NCBI GenBank assembly: GCA_965178125.1
Contig: OZ237735.1
Location: forward strand, 2,294,001 to 2,358,000
Origin: Bilabrum cf. latius
Taxonomy: Eukaryota
DNA length: 64,000 bases
Reading direction: 5' to 3'
Part shown: piece after piece, positions 38,919 through 50,203 of the stretch
Numbering within the stretch: position 1 is the first letter of the stretch
Layout of the letters: each line of letters starts with the position of its first letter
The notes under the pieces: model-generated
The model's input: the letters and a program-made list of their open reading frames with translations, nothing else
Told to the model about the DNA's origin: nothing
Databases searched by the model: none
Program-made: the position numbers and the translations under genes

Positions 38919-40253
38919 ATGGCGGCAGCAGCAGCCGAACCTACAGGTGATGGCGCCAAGTCTGGATCGGTACCGCAAGTCACGATGGACTCGGCGGATC
39001 CGACCCTGCTGAGCACATCCATGCTATCCGAGGTGACTGGGTTTGCCGAAAGCGATATTAAACAGGAAGTAGAATCGATGTCTGGAGCAGGGGGTCTGAG
39101 CGGAGAAATGCGCCGGTACAAGGTGTCCAAGAAGGGCGACAGCGCCGACCCGTTGACGTTTGTTCTCAAGACGACTCACACCGGGCGAGAGAGCGGTTCC
39201 AAGGCGCTGGGACTCATGAGAGAGGCCCAATTTTACGAGTTCATGACGCAAGGATCCGGTCTGGACTTCACCATCCCCAAGGTGCTCGCCGTATCGTACG
39301 ATGTGGACGCCGGGACCAAGCACATCCTGATGGAAGATCTGTCTTCCTGCGTCCAATCCGGGCAGCTCTTCGGCCCTGGTAGCCCTTTGAATTGGGGCAA
39401 AGATCTAGATGCCGCCGCGGCGAAGTGCAAGGGCATCACCCCGATGCGCGTCGCCGGCGCCGCGTTCATCAACGCGGCCCGACTCCACGGCAAGTACTGG
39501 ATGGACGCCAAACTGACCGACACCAAGTGGCTGCGAGGAGCAAGATGGCCCCTGGGCGAAGGCAAGGAGGCGTGGGAGGCCAGCCAGGCGAGCGTGGTGG
39601 GCGCTTGGAAGAAGCACAAGGAGGACGTCTTGTCAAAGGGGGAGCAGGGGTGGTGGAGCCCCGAGATTGTCGCCCTGTTCGACGCCTCTGTGAGCAAGGT
39701 CTCGTGGGAGTCGCACTGCGATAGGTACAAGAAGAATCCCTGGACGCTCGTGCACGGAGATTTCCACCCGGCCAACATGATGATCCGCACTGAAGGCGAT
39801 GGGGCCGAGGACGCCGCTGCCGAGGCCGACGCAGGCGGCGCCGGCAGTGAAGCCGCTGCTACTGCGGATGCCGTGCTGGAGCAGGCTCGCGCGGACGCTC
39901 ACCGCGTGGTGATGCTCGACTTCGAGGTGGTCGGTCTGGGCTCCGGCCCGCAGGACCTGGGCCAGTACATGATCTCTCATGTGGAGCCAGATCTCCGGCG
40001 CAAGCACGAGGATGCCTTGCTCGGGGCATACCATGCAGAGCTTGTGGCGCACGGTGTGGACGGGAAGGCCTTTACTCTGGAGGACTGCAAGCGCGAGTAC
40101 GCGTTTGGGGCGGCGGAGCGCTGGGTCTGGCTACTGGGCTACATGACGGGCATGTGCCCCGAGCCCGTGAACCGCTTCCTCCATGACCAAGTGCTTGCGT
40201 TCGTAAAGGACCACGGTGTGACCCCTGAAAGCATCGGGCAGCCGAGGTCGTGA
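38919..40253 (+). CDS. Ecdysteroid-kinase/aminoglycoside-phosphotransferase/choline-kinase-like protein (444 aa)
   Basis: Intact ORF with FVLK, REAQFY, ILMEDLS, TLVHGDFHPANMM (Brenner motif) and LDFE...GPQDL; ends TGA; contains no TAG. Confidence 0.88.
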   Translation: MAAAAAEPTGDGAKSGSVPQVTMDSADPTLLSTSMLSEVTGFAESDIKQEVESMSGAGGLSGEMRRYKVSKKGDSADPLTFVLKTTHTGRESGSKALGLMREAQFYEFMTQGSGLDFTIPKVLAVSYDVDAGTKHILMEDLSSCVQSGQLFGPGSPLNWGKDLDAAAAKCKGITPMRVAGAAFINAARLHGKYWMDAKLTDTKWLRGARWPLGEGKEAWEASQASVVGAWKKHKEDVLSKGEQGWWSPEIVALFDASVSKVSWESHCDRYKKNPWTLVHGDFHPANMMIRTEGDGAEDAAAEADAGGAGSEAAATADAVLEQARADAHRVVMLDFEVVGLGSGPQDLGQYMISHVEPDLRRKHEDALLGAYHAELVAHGVDGKAFTLEDCKREYAFGAAERWVWLLGYMTGMCPEPVNRFLHDQVLAFVKDHGVTPESIGQPRS

Positions 40254-40257
40254 ATCC

Positions 40258-40315
40258 AGAGGTGTGTTGCGAGGGTCATTTGATTTAGAGGTGTGTTGCG
40301 AGGGTCATTGGATTT
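40258..40315. repeat. 29-bp tandem duplication in the 3' intergenic space between convergent genes
   Basis: agaggtgtgttgcgagggtcatt(t/g)gattt x2. Confidence 0.85.
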
Positions 40316-40427
40316 AGGTTGCGCGCTCATGCTCTGCTCTATTGAGCGGTGTTGATTGCAAGGACCCATGCACCTCTGTCGGTGCACGCACCCGATCCGG
40401 GAAATCATCTATACATCGATAGTACAG

Positions 40428-41701
40428 TCATACCACGCGCTTCTCGTCGCGGCTGAAGAGCACCTCCTTGTTTTTTTCCTTGTCCTTGCGTTGGCCTTCG
40501 TCTTTGCTGCTGCGTGTGCTTCGCTCATTGTCGGCACCAGCCCCGTCGGACCCACGGTGATGCCTCCGCCGGCTGCTCCTGTCTTCGTCATCCTCATCAC
40601 GGTGATGCCTCCGCCGGCTGCTCCTGTCTTCGTCATCCTCATCACGGTGATGCCTCCGCCGGCTGCTCCTGTCTTCGTCATCCTCATCACGGTGATGCCT
40701 CCGCCGGCTGCTCCTGTCTTCGTCATCCTCATCACGGCGATGCCTCCGCCTAGTATGCCCACGATCACGTCGCCTGCTTCCGTGACCCGATTCTCTCCTT
40801 CGCCTGCGCCTATCGCAGTCTTCATCATCCTTGCTACCAACGCTCCGACTCCGGCGGTGGTGCCTATCCCTGTCCCTTCTGCTGCTGCTCCTGTGTCCCT
40901 CCCGCCTGCTCCTGCTAGACCTCCCACCCCCACTTCTGCGACCGTCTCTGCGCCTACTGCTGTGCCTGTGTCTCCTTCCCGAGTCCCTAGAGCGTCTTGG
41001 CGACCTTGATCTAGACCTGGACTCGTCCCTTGATGCCTCTGAATCGCTAGAGGAGGCAATATCCACCTCTGCGTCGGCGTCTTCGTACCTTGGACGCTGT
41101 GCTCGCATTCCACCGCCTGACGGTTCCTCCGCCCTCCCCGGCCTCGACGAATCAGCCGCGCCACTGCTTCCACTGGCTGATAATGGGGGTCTTCCAGGAA
41201 GGGCGCCAAGCTACGCAAGCTCGGCTCCAAGCGGTAAGGAGGCGAGCGGATCAGCGGCACCTGCTCCAGGTTTCAAGGCCAAGGGCTCAAGTGCCGCTGC
41301 AGGATCGTGACCCATAGCGAGGGAAGCTTCGAGGCTAACCCTATGTCGGCCTTTACTGAGGCCAGGCAGTGCAGTCATTTTGGACAAATTCCCGGCCTGC
41401 GATCGATGAAAGGAATCGTAAATAGCAGCGTGGCTTCGTGCGAGGCTGCCGTAATCGGTACGCGCAAGGCACGCTGAATGAATAAACCCACCTTTTTATT
41501 CATCTTAACTCGCTCCATTAGTTCCAACGATTGCTGTTGGAGGTCAGCCGATGGTGATCCATCCGCCCCCTCGGCGTCGCCTTCGCCCTTGTACGGATCG
41601 TGACCAATCGTATCTTTCCAGATTCCGTGCGTCTTTAGCGAGCCAGATGTCATCATTCTATTGTTGTGAGGCATCTTAACCCGCCCAGCGGTGGCTGGCA
41701 T
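40428..41701 (-). CDS. CXIP4: CAX-interacting protein 4 (CXIP4)-like RS/RH-rich nuclear protein (~392 aa); intron 41397-41491
   Basis: N-terminus MPATAGRVKMPHNNRMMTSGSLKTHGIWKDTIGHDPY closely matches the remembered CXIP4 N-terminus (MPATAGRVRMPANNRVHSSAALQTHGIWQSAIGYDPY). Intron GTGGGT..TCGCAG (95 nt); one in-frame TAG (~41211); Arg/Ser/His-rich tail; ends TGA at 40428. Confidence 0.82.
40553..40750. repeat. 45-bp coding minisatellite (~4.4 copies) encoding RRRHHRDEDDEDRSS in the CXIP4-like gene
   Basis: Unit cacggtgatgcctccgccggctgctcctgtcttcgtcatcctcat repeated head to tail. Confidence 0.92.
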
Positions 41702-41819
41702 GGCTGCAAAGGGGGCGAAAAATGTCCACGAGACTGCCCGTCTAGGTTCCGCTAGCTGACGGCACACTGCGCGGCGCCATTGCTGTGCTGCCCAACAGCA
41801 ACCGACATTGGCGCCGCGC

Positions 41820-42756
41820 ATGGAAAGGCTCCGGAGGGACAGCCGGGCGTTGGATGCGCTTTTTGCAGATCCTGAGGCTAGTCTCCCCGCACAACGGGTA
41901 GACGTGGCGAGCTAGCTTAGTGGAAACCTCTGGAAGTGTCGAACCTCTGGCGATTCCAGCTGGAAGCGCCGTTTCTTCGTCCTTAAGGACGGTTTCTTGT
42001 TGTATTACCCGGAGCAGTCCACCGAAAAGTTTCTTGTGTTTGATTTTCACCCTCGGGGCGTCCTTCCGCTGGATGGTTGTACGATCCAGAGGGTGGAGCA
42101 GGGCCCGACCAAGGCTCTTGCCCACCTCGGGCTTCGCATTTCACACCCTAGCTTCGGCAGGAGAGCCTTGGTGCTGTGCGCAGAGACTGCTGCGGATCGG
42201 GAACGCTGGCTCGTAGCCTTGGAAAACAGCAGATACATCACGTACCGAAACGCGCTTGAGGGCTCGCGGCAGATTGACAGGCTCAAGAGTCAGGTCGCCG
42301 GCGCTCAGCGCGGCCGTAAGGAAGCGTCCAAATCGGTGCGGTAGCGAGAAGACGCCGTTCTTCGAGAAAGAGCCAAGTCGAAAGGGCTAGAGAAGCTAGC
42401 GACGAAGCTGCTGCTGCAGAAGCGCGCGCTGGAGGCCAGCATCGCGCAGGCTGAGAGGGAGCACGGCATCACCATTGCAGTGGATACGAGCATCGATTCG
42501 GCCGCAGTGGGGGCTGCAATGGGCGACCACAGTCCCGCGTTTGGCAGCATGGGGGCAGGAAGCGCTATCTTGCAGGCCAATGGCTCGGCCTCCTCGTACG
42601 AGGGAGGGGCCGGCGCTGGCGCGATGCAGGCGCAGGCTGATGCCCGGGAAAACCTGCTGCCATCGTAGCGGAGATCCAGGGCCATCAGTGGGAGCAGTGA
42701 TCACGAAGGCGAGCTCGAGTCCAAGGGCAGCGCCCCGGGACCCGGACCCAGGGGCT

Positions 42757-42793
<37 letters not shown>

Positions 42794-43922
42794 CCGAATC
42801 AGGGCGGGCGATAGCACCTCCAGCGCGGCTGGCAGCATAGAGGCTGGGCAGCGAGATGCCAGCAAACGCAGTGAAAGCGCAAGGGCTGTAGGTAGCAATA
42901 GTGGTGGTACCTGGCACGCAGGTACAGGGGGTACAGACAGCGACGGCGACGAGGAGTGCGGCATGATCCTGAAACCGAGACCAGACAACGCCCCCGGAAA
43001 CTCCTCCTCCTCGTCATCGTCTGCCCCTGCAGTTGCGTTGCCCTCTTCCTCTTCTCAGCAACACGTGCAAGTCTCTAGCCAAGGTGCTGCCGGCCAGCAG
43101 CAGCAGGTCATGAGCCCGAGGTCCAGGTTCCAGTCGAGCTTGCCGGCAGTGGCAGAGACGGACGGGTCGGACGCGGGAACGGAGGACGACGTGGATTTCG
43201 GCTCCGAGTCGGGCACGCCCATTCCGGTCGCTGCGACCATCCCGGGAGCGGTGGGGGCGGCTGGAGGTCCCATGGAACGATCTGTGCCGGCATCGCACGG
43301 GTCCCCACAGTCGCAACCTCAGCAGCCTCAACCGCCTCGATCGCGGGGGCCGGGAGCGGCCGGCGGTAGCGGAAGCCTCACTGGAGACCAGGTGCAGGCG
43401 CAGGTACCGCCGCCCCCGCCAGTCCCAGCAGCAGGCCCATCGAGCGGGAGGGTCGTGCCTCCGCCTGCACCGTCCCAGGCCCCGCCTGCGCCACCGCTTG
43501 CATCCACGGTTGGCAAGTCCGGTGGCGGCCTGCCACCGCCCCCTCCGCCACCGCTGGCATCGTCCACAGCTACTTCATCTGTTTCTTAGGATGGCCCGAT
43601 CCGCAGGGGCAGCGTAGCTGACGCTCTCGCCCGCCGGGGTTCCGTTGGTGCCGCCTCTGTGCTCCGCAGGTCCTCCATGGCAGCAGCACAATCGACAGAA
43701 GCCGGCGCCGGTCAGGCGGGTGCGCCCAGTGGCACTGCCGGCGGAAGGGTGACCAGCGGCCCGCGCATCAGGCGGTCCACGGTTGCCTCCAAGAAGCCGA
43801 GTGCCCCGAGGGAAGCGGTGCGCCGTGCCATTCAAAAGGCTGCAACTGGTCCCGTCTAGGTCAGCGAGGATGCGGCTGCTGCTGCTGCGGCCATTGCGGG
43901 CGGTGCGCTGGGGGGCAGGTGA
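41820..43922 (+). CDS. PH-domain protein (PLEKHD1-like PH, coiled coil, proline-rich tail; ~700 aa)
   Basis: *LSGNLWKCRTSGDSSWKRRFFVLKDGFLLYYPEQ...FHPRGVLPLDGC...DRERWLVALENS is a PH domain. In-frame TAG at 41913, 42342, 42666, 43587, 43857; ends TGA 43920-43922; poly-Pro tracts. Confidence 0.85.
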
Positions 43923-44229
43923 TGCCTCGCGAGAGTGAGTGAGTGAGTGAGCGTGGCTGCTCGCTGCGGTGCTGTGCACTTGAGGTGTAGTGGCGCGCCC
44001 CAGGCCCGGCTGGCTAGCTTGTCTATCTTCCAGGCGAGTGCCAATCGGATGGTTGACGGGCCTGCCTTGTTGGTGCCGGTCCCAAGGTTTCTTCGCAGGT
44101 ACTATTGTATATCTATTGATAATGATGCCACTTCCAATTGCATCGTGAAACTACAATCCGGATTCCATTGCAACACCCAGCAAGCACGCCCTCAATGCCC
44201 CCCCCCCCTCCCCCCCCCCACTCGGTCAG

Positions 44230-45367
44230 TCACCGGAACATGCTGGAACCCGCGCCGAGCGTCGTGGACGCCGCAGATCCCTGCCCTAGCCCAGAGCCAC
44301 CATCACCCAACGAACCGCCCACTCCACCCGCACCCTCACCCGCCGCGGCGCCAGATCTCCAGCCCCGGATCCCGATCTTCTCTTGCTTGGCCTGTGCCAC
44401 GGCTGCGACGGCCCCCCGCCCGTCAGGCACACGCCGCGCGCTTCCCCTCAGGCTAACAACGGAGCCGCTCGCTCTGCCACTGCCGCCAGCACTGCCCGTC
44501 GTGCGGGGAGAAGCCCCTGCCCCTGCCCCTGCCCCTGCCCCAGGTCCTGCCAGTGGGGCCCCGCCCGATGCGGTGCCCGATCCGCTCATCATGACTTCCA
44601 CGAACGATTCGTAGTTGAACAGCCCGTTGGCATCCACGTCCAGCTGCCCCACGAGCTCCTCCGCCTCTGCTTCGTCCAGCACATCCGCGCCGTAGGTCGA
44701 CAGCGCCTGCACGAGGTCTGAAATCCGAATGTGACCAGAGGGAGACGTGCCTTCAAATACCGCAAAGCTGCGAGCCATGCAATCCATGACACAAAGACCG
44801 GTGGCGAAACGCTGCCCGCTTCAGGTTGCACAAGATATGAGGGGCAAACCCAAGCTCCAGTGCCTAAATCGCTCACCTCTTCTTGACCGCATCCGGGGTG
44901 TATGTTGCGCTCACTTTGCGCGACATCACCTAGCAGAACTCTCCAAAATCGATTTCTCCATTCGAATCTTCACTGCGGATGTAAACTAATGCTAGTCGTG
45001 CTGCATGTGGCTGCCATTGATCTCCCTTCATCCGCCCCAGTTCATCAGATGACTCACTCAATCTCCGCCAGCATGTCCCGGACTTCCTTCTCAGTCGTGG
45101 TAATACCCAGAGTTGTCATTAAGGACAGAAGCTGCGGAAACAGATGCCGAGGACAGCTGTACATTGACCAAGTGCAACCGCACCCGGACCTGCGTGATCG
45201 ATCCATTCAGGGCATTGAAATACCCTCACCTCCTCGGCGTCAATAGTGCCTCCCCCATCCTTATCCACGAGACTAAAGATTTCTCTGAACTCCCGTATCT
45301 CGGCATCAGTCAGGTGCCTGAATGCATCAACCTCCGACCCCGTTTTCGAGCTGCTAGAGCTTGACAT
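44230..45367 (-). CDS. Calmodulin/centrin-like four-EF-hand protein with Gly/Ala tail, copy 1 (~281 aa); introns 45132-45229, 44973-45057, 44768-44876
   Basis: Spliced translation: LTDAEIREFREIFSLVDKDGGGTIDAEE|LLSLMTTLGITTTEKEVRDMLAEID|EDSNGEIDFGEFC*VMSRK...VKKS|FAVFEG...LDVDANGLFNYESFVEVMM. All introns GTGAG..CGCAG; TAG at 44930; ends TGA. Confidence 0.9.
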
Positions 45368-45907
45368 TCGTTGATAAAGCCGCCGCCAGTACAACAGAAA
45401 TGTATATCGACTGCCAAGTGTAGTCCCGGAATCAAAGGAATCAGCCACGAATACCTGTCGATGCGTCAGCCCTGCATTTCAACAAACGGAACTCTTCCAG
45501 CCTGCTGAGCGGCGCCGCTGGCAGTGCAAGCGGTCGCAGGAGCCGGTCGCAATTCTCCAATCATCTGAGTCGGTGCAGCCACAAACAGCTATCGGTGTAT
45601 AGTAAGCTGAACCGCAGCAGCGCGAAGACGTGGCGGCCATGGCGCGGTATGTGCACCAGGCCCTGACCGCAGTGCTGGCGTGGCGGAGGCCGCGGTGCGG
45701 GCTTATTGCAGCGGGGGCCGGGCCACCGCCGTGCTGCAGGCGAGCGTGAAGGCTCTGCCGGGCATAGGTACATGTCATCGTGCCAAAGCGAGCATGATGG
45801 AGCAAGGGAGGTATGTTCGGGACATCTGGTCCTGACAATCAAAGCTACATGCAGCGTGCACAATCCAATAGCAAGCGCCGAGCCATTTGCTGGAGAATAT
45901 TGAAGAA

Positions 45908-47209
45908 TCAATGGCAACCTCGCACATGCCTCCTGAGATCGCCTGCCACACCGAATGACTTGCCGCACACCAAGCACTCGTGCTTGCGCTCGCCCAGATG
46001 CACTGTGGACAGGTGCGTCCTGAGATGGCCTGCCTCCCCGAATGACTTGCCGCACACCACGCACTCATGCTTGCGCTCGCCATGATGCACAGTGGACATG
46101 TGCCTCCTGAGATGGCCTGCCTCCCCGAATGACTTGCCGCACACACTGCACTCGTGCTTGCGCTCGCCATGATGCACAGTGGACATGTGCCTCCTGAGTG
46201 AGCCTGCCCGCCCGAATGACTTGCCGCACACCATGCACTCGTGCTTGCGCTCGCCCAGATGCACTGTGGACATGTGCGTCCTGAGATGGCCTGCCCGCCC
46301 GAATGACTTCCCGCACACCAAGCACTCGTGCTTGCGCTCGCCATGATGCACTGTGGACAGGTGCCTCCTGAGATCGCCTGCCTCCCCGAATGACTTGCCG
46401 CACACACTGCACTCGTGCTTGCGCTCGCCCAGATGCACAGTGGACATGTGCCTCCTGAGGTTTCCTGCCTCCCCGAATGACTTGCCGCACTCCATGCACT
46501 CGTGCTTGCGCTCGCCCAGATGCACAGTGGACAGGTGCCTCCTGAGGTTTCCTGCCTCCCCGAATGACTTGCCACACTCCATGCACTCGTGCTTGCGCTC
46601 GCCCAGATGCACCACGGACGTGTGCGTCCTGAGATCGCCTGCCCGCCCGAATGACTTCCCGCACACACTGCACTCGTGCTTGCGCTCGCCCAGATGCACA
46701 GTGGACAGGTGCGTCCTGAGATTGCCTGCCCGCCCGAATGACTTGCCGCACACCATGCACCGATGTCCTGCCTCGCCTCTGCCTGCCTGTCCCCGCCGTC
46801 TCTTCGCCCTCGATCCGCTCTAGCTGTCTGCTGACCTCGCCTCTGCCTGCCTGCCTCGCTTCTGGCCCAAAGAGGCATCCGTGCCGCCGCCTGCAGCTAC
46901 CCCTGAGCCCGACTGCATTGACGATTCTACTTCTTGCGGCAACATTGCGCTGCTGCTGGACTGTCCCGACGCCACGATGGACGTGGGAACAGCTTCGGCT
47001 CGATCGCTGGCTGGATCTCGGACCCTACCTTTCCCATCTGCGTCTCGCCTGCCCCACTAGCGACTGCTGGTCAATGATAGCGATGCAGCAATCCGGTTCA
47101 TGTGACGGGCGGGAACCTCGACATCGCTTCCACCAGCGTCGCTGTCGCTCGAGTCGCTGCTGACGAGATCGATCACCTCCCCTGAGCATGCACCTGCTGC
47201 TTGCTCCAT
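45908..47209 (-). CDS. C2H2 zinc-finger array protein, copy 1 (10 fingers, ~433 aa)
   Basis: MEQAAGACSGEVIDLVSSDSSDSD (SIM-like), in-frame TAG at 47057 and 46820, then 10 x CxxCGKSFGxAGxLRxHxSxVH in 84-bp units; ends TGA. Confidence 0.9.
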
Positions 47210-47581
47210 GGCTGCCTGGCAGTATCTATATCCAATATTGAATGCTGACACGTTAACAGCCAGGTGGCTGCCGACCACAGAATGACAGGGAATACGAGCT
47301 TTCCTATCCTACGCCCTTTCCTGGTGTACCTTCGACGGCCAGGTCTGATTGGCTCCAACGCAACCCTGTATATAGAAAGGCTATACTTGGGGGATGCCAC
47401 AGCCGAAACAGTAGCGAGGAAAATGACAAGGAGACGGTGAGATCGATCCTTGTCGGTCCGATTGAGGCTGTTTTCATCTTCACAACTTCAAGGTGCTGGG
47501 CCTGGCGTGGCGGCCACGCTCACTTGGAACACCAGCTTCACAGGAAGCAAACAGGCCACGCACAACCCACCACATCCCTCC

Positions 47582-48169
47582 TCACGGAGAAGCACCGTTC
47601 TCGCTCGCTGCCCCTCCTTCGCCAGACGCCTTCTCCACCCTCTCCCTGCGCGCCTGCTGCTGCTTCTGCTGCTGCACCACAGCCCGCTTCTCCCTCCACG
47701 CCTTGCCCTTGATCCGGGCCTCGTCGGACCGCTTCAGCTAGGCCGCCAGCGCGTCCACGGAGAAGGCCTCCTTGAAGTCCATCGCCATCGACGAGGAATC
47801 CACACCCCCGGAGCCCCTCGACGATCCGCCGCTGCCGCTCCCCCCCCCCTTCTGCCCCCCCCCCCCCTCCTCGGGGATGTCCTCCCCAGTCGCGATGGCC
47901 TGCATGGCAGACATCCACCCGCCCCCAGACCGCAGGTCACCGGACCACCACGCCAGGAACTCCGCCTTGGAGATCATCCTGTCCCTGTTCTTGTCCATCT
48001 CCATGATGGCGGCCTCCAGCTCCGCGTGGCTCAGCTTGCTGCCCAGCTGCACGCACAGGTCGGCCAGCTCGGTCGTGTCCAGATCGCCGCTGCCGTCGAG
48101 GTCCGCAGCATCGAGTGTCGATGTGGGCGAGGAGGAGGAGGAGGCTGCTGCTGCTGCTGCTGCGGCCAT
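47582..48169 (-). other. Chimeric ORF at the duplication junction (195 aa): new poly-Ala/Ser N-terminus fused to the duplicated EF-hand C-terminus; new gene or truncated relic
   Basis: MAAAAAAAASSSSSPTSTL comes from the antisense PH-gene tail plus the junction, then DAADLDGSGDLDTTEL... matches the parent gene. One TAG (47738) where the parent has CAG; ends at the homologous TGA (47582). Confidence 0.55.
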
Positions 48170-48496
48170 TGCGGGCGGTGCGCTGGGTGGCAGGTAATGC
48201 CTCGCGAGAGTGAGGGAGTGAGTGAGTGAGTGTGGCTGCTCGCTGCGGTGCTGTACGCTTGAGGTGTAGTGGCGCGCCCCAGGCCCGGCTGGCTAGCTTG
48301 TCTTTCTTCCAGGCGAGTGCCAATCGGATGGTTGACGGGCCTTCCTGGCGGTGCCGGTCCCAAGGTTTCGTCGCAGGTACTATTGTATATCTATTGATAA
48401 TGATGCCACTTCCAATTGCATCGTGAAACTACAATCCCATTACAACACCCAGCAAGCACGCCCTCAATGCCCCCCCCTTCCCCCCCCATCGGTCAG

Positions 48497-49640
48497 TCAC
48501 CGGAACATGCTGGAACCCGCGCAGAGCCTCGTGGATGCCGCAGACCCCTGCCCCAGCCCAGAGCCACCATCACCCACGGAACCGCCCACTCCACCCGCAC
48601 CCGCACCCGCACCCGCCGCGGCGCCAGATCTCCAGCCCCGGATCCCGATCTTCTCTTGCTTGGCCTGTGCCACGGCTGCGACGGCCCCCCGCCCGTCAGG
48701 CACACGCCGCGCGCTTCCCCTCAGGCTAACAACGGAGCCGCTCGCTCTGCCACTGCCGCCAGCACTGCCCGTCGTGCGGGGAGAAGCCCCTGCCCCTGCC
48801 CCTGCCCCTGCCCCAGGTCCTGCCAGTGGGGCCCCGCCCGATGCGGTGCCCGATCCGCTCATCATGACTTCCACGAACGATTCGTAGTTGAACAGCCCGT
48901 TGGCATCCACGTCCAGCTGCCCCACGAGCTCCTCCGCCTCTGCTTCGTCCAGCACATCCGCGCCGTAGGTCGACAGCGCCTTCACGAGGTCTGAAATCCG
49001 AATGTGACCAGAGGGAGACGTGCCTTCAAATACCGCAAAGCTGCGAGCCATGCAATCCATGACACAAAGACCGGTGGCGAAACGCTGCCCGCTTCAGGTT
49101 GCACAAGATATGAGGGGCAAACCCAAGCTCCAGTGCCTAAATCGCTCACCTCTTCTTGACCGCATCCGGGGTGTATGTTGCGCTCACTTTGCGCGACATC
49201 ACCTAGCAGAACTCTCCAAAATCGATTTCTCCATTCGAATCTTCACTGCGGATGTAAACTAATGCTAGTCGTGCTGCATGTGGCTGCCATTGATCTCCCT
49301 TCATCCGCCCCAGTTCATCAGATGACTCACTCAATCTCCGCCAGCATGTCCCGGACTTCCTTCTCAGTCGTGGTAATACCCAGAGTTGTCATTAAGGACA
49401 GAAGCTGCGGAAACAGATGCCGAGGACAGCTGTACATTGACCAAGTGCAACCGCACCCGGACCTGCGTGATCGATCCATTCAGGGCATTGAAATACCCTC
49501 ACCTCCTCGGCGTCAATAGTGCCTCCCCCATCCTTATCCACGAGACTAAAGATTTCTCTGAACTCCCGTATCTCGGCATCAGTCAGGTGCCTGAATGCAT
49601 CAACCTCCGACCCCGTTTTCGAGCTGCTAGAGCTTGACAT
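48497..49640 (-). CDS. Calmodulin/centrin-like four-EF-hand protein, copy 2
   Basis: Near-identical to 44230-45367, including the three introns; one Q>K change (LVKALS) and small differences in the tail; ends TGA. Confidence 0.9.
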
Positions 49641-50203
49641 TCGTTGATAAAGCCGCCGCCAGTACAACAGAAATGTGTATCTGCTGCCAAGTGTAGTCCC
49701 GGAATCAAAGGAATCAGCCACGAATACCTGTCGATGCGTCAGCCCTGCATTTCAACAAACGGAACTCTTCCAGCCTGCTGAGCGGCGCCGCTGGTACTAC
49801 TAGTAGTGCAAGCGGTCGCAGGAGCCGGTCGCAATTCTCCAATCATCTGAGTCATTGCAGCCACAAACAGCTATCAGTGTTTACAACGCTGAACAGCAGC
49901 AGTGCGAAGACGGGGCTGCCATGGCGCGGAATGTGCACCAGGCCCTGACCGCAGTGCTGGCGGTGCGGGGAGGCCGTGGTTGAGGCGGCGATGCGGGCTT
50001 ATTGCAACGGGGACTGGGCCTCCACCGTGCTGCAGGCGAGCGTGAAGGCCCTGCCGGGCATAGGTACATGTCATCGTGCCAAAGCGAGCATGATGGAGCA
50101 AGGGAGGTATGTTCGGGACATCTGGTCCTGACAATCAAAGCTACATGCAGCGTGCACAATCCAATAGCAAGCGCCGAGCCATTTGCTGGAGAATATTGAA
50201 GAA

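Noticed and set aside
42757-42791. (CAG)n microsatellites as poly-Gln tracts (also 7084-7118)
   Set aside because: In the true frames they encode poly-Ala and poly-Ser; ordinary low-complexity coding repeats.
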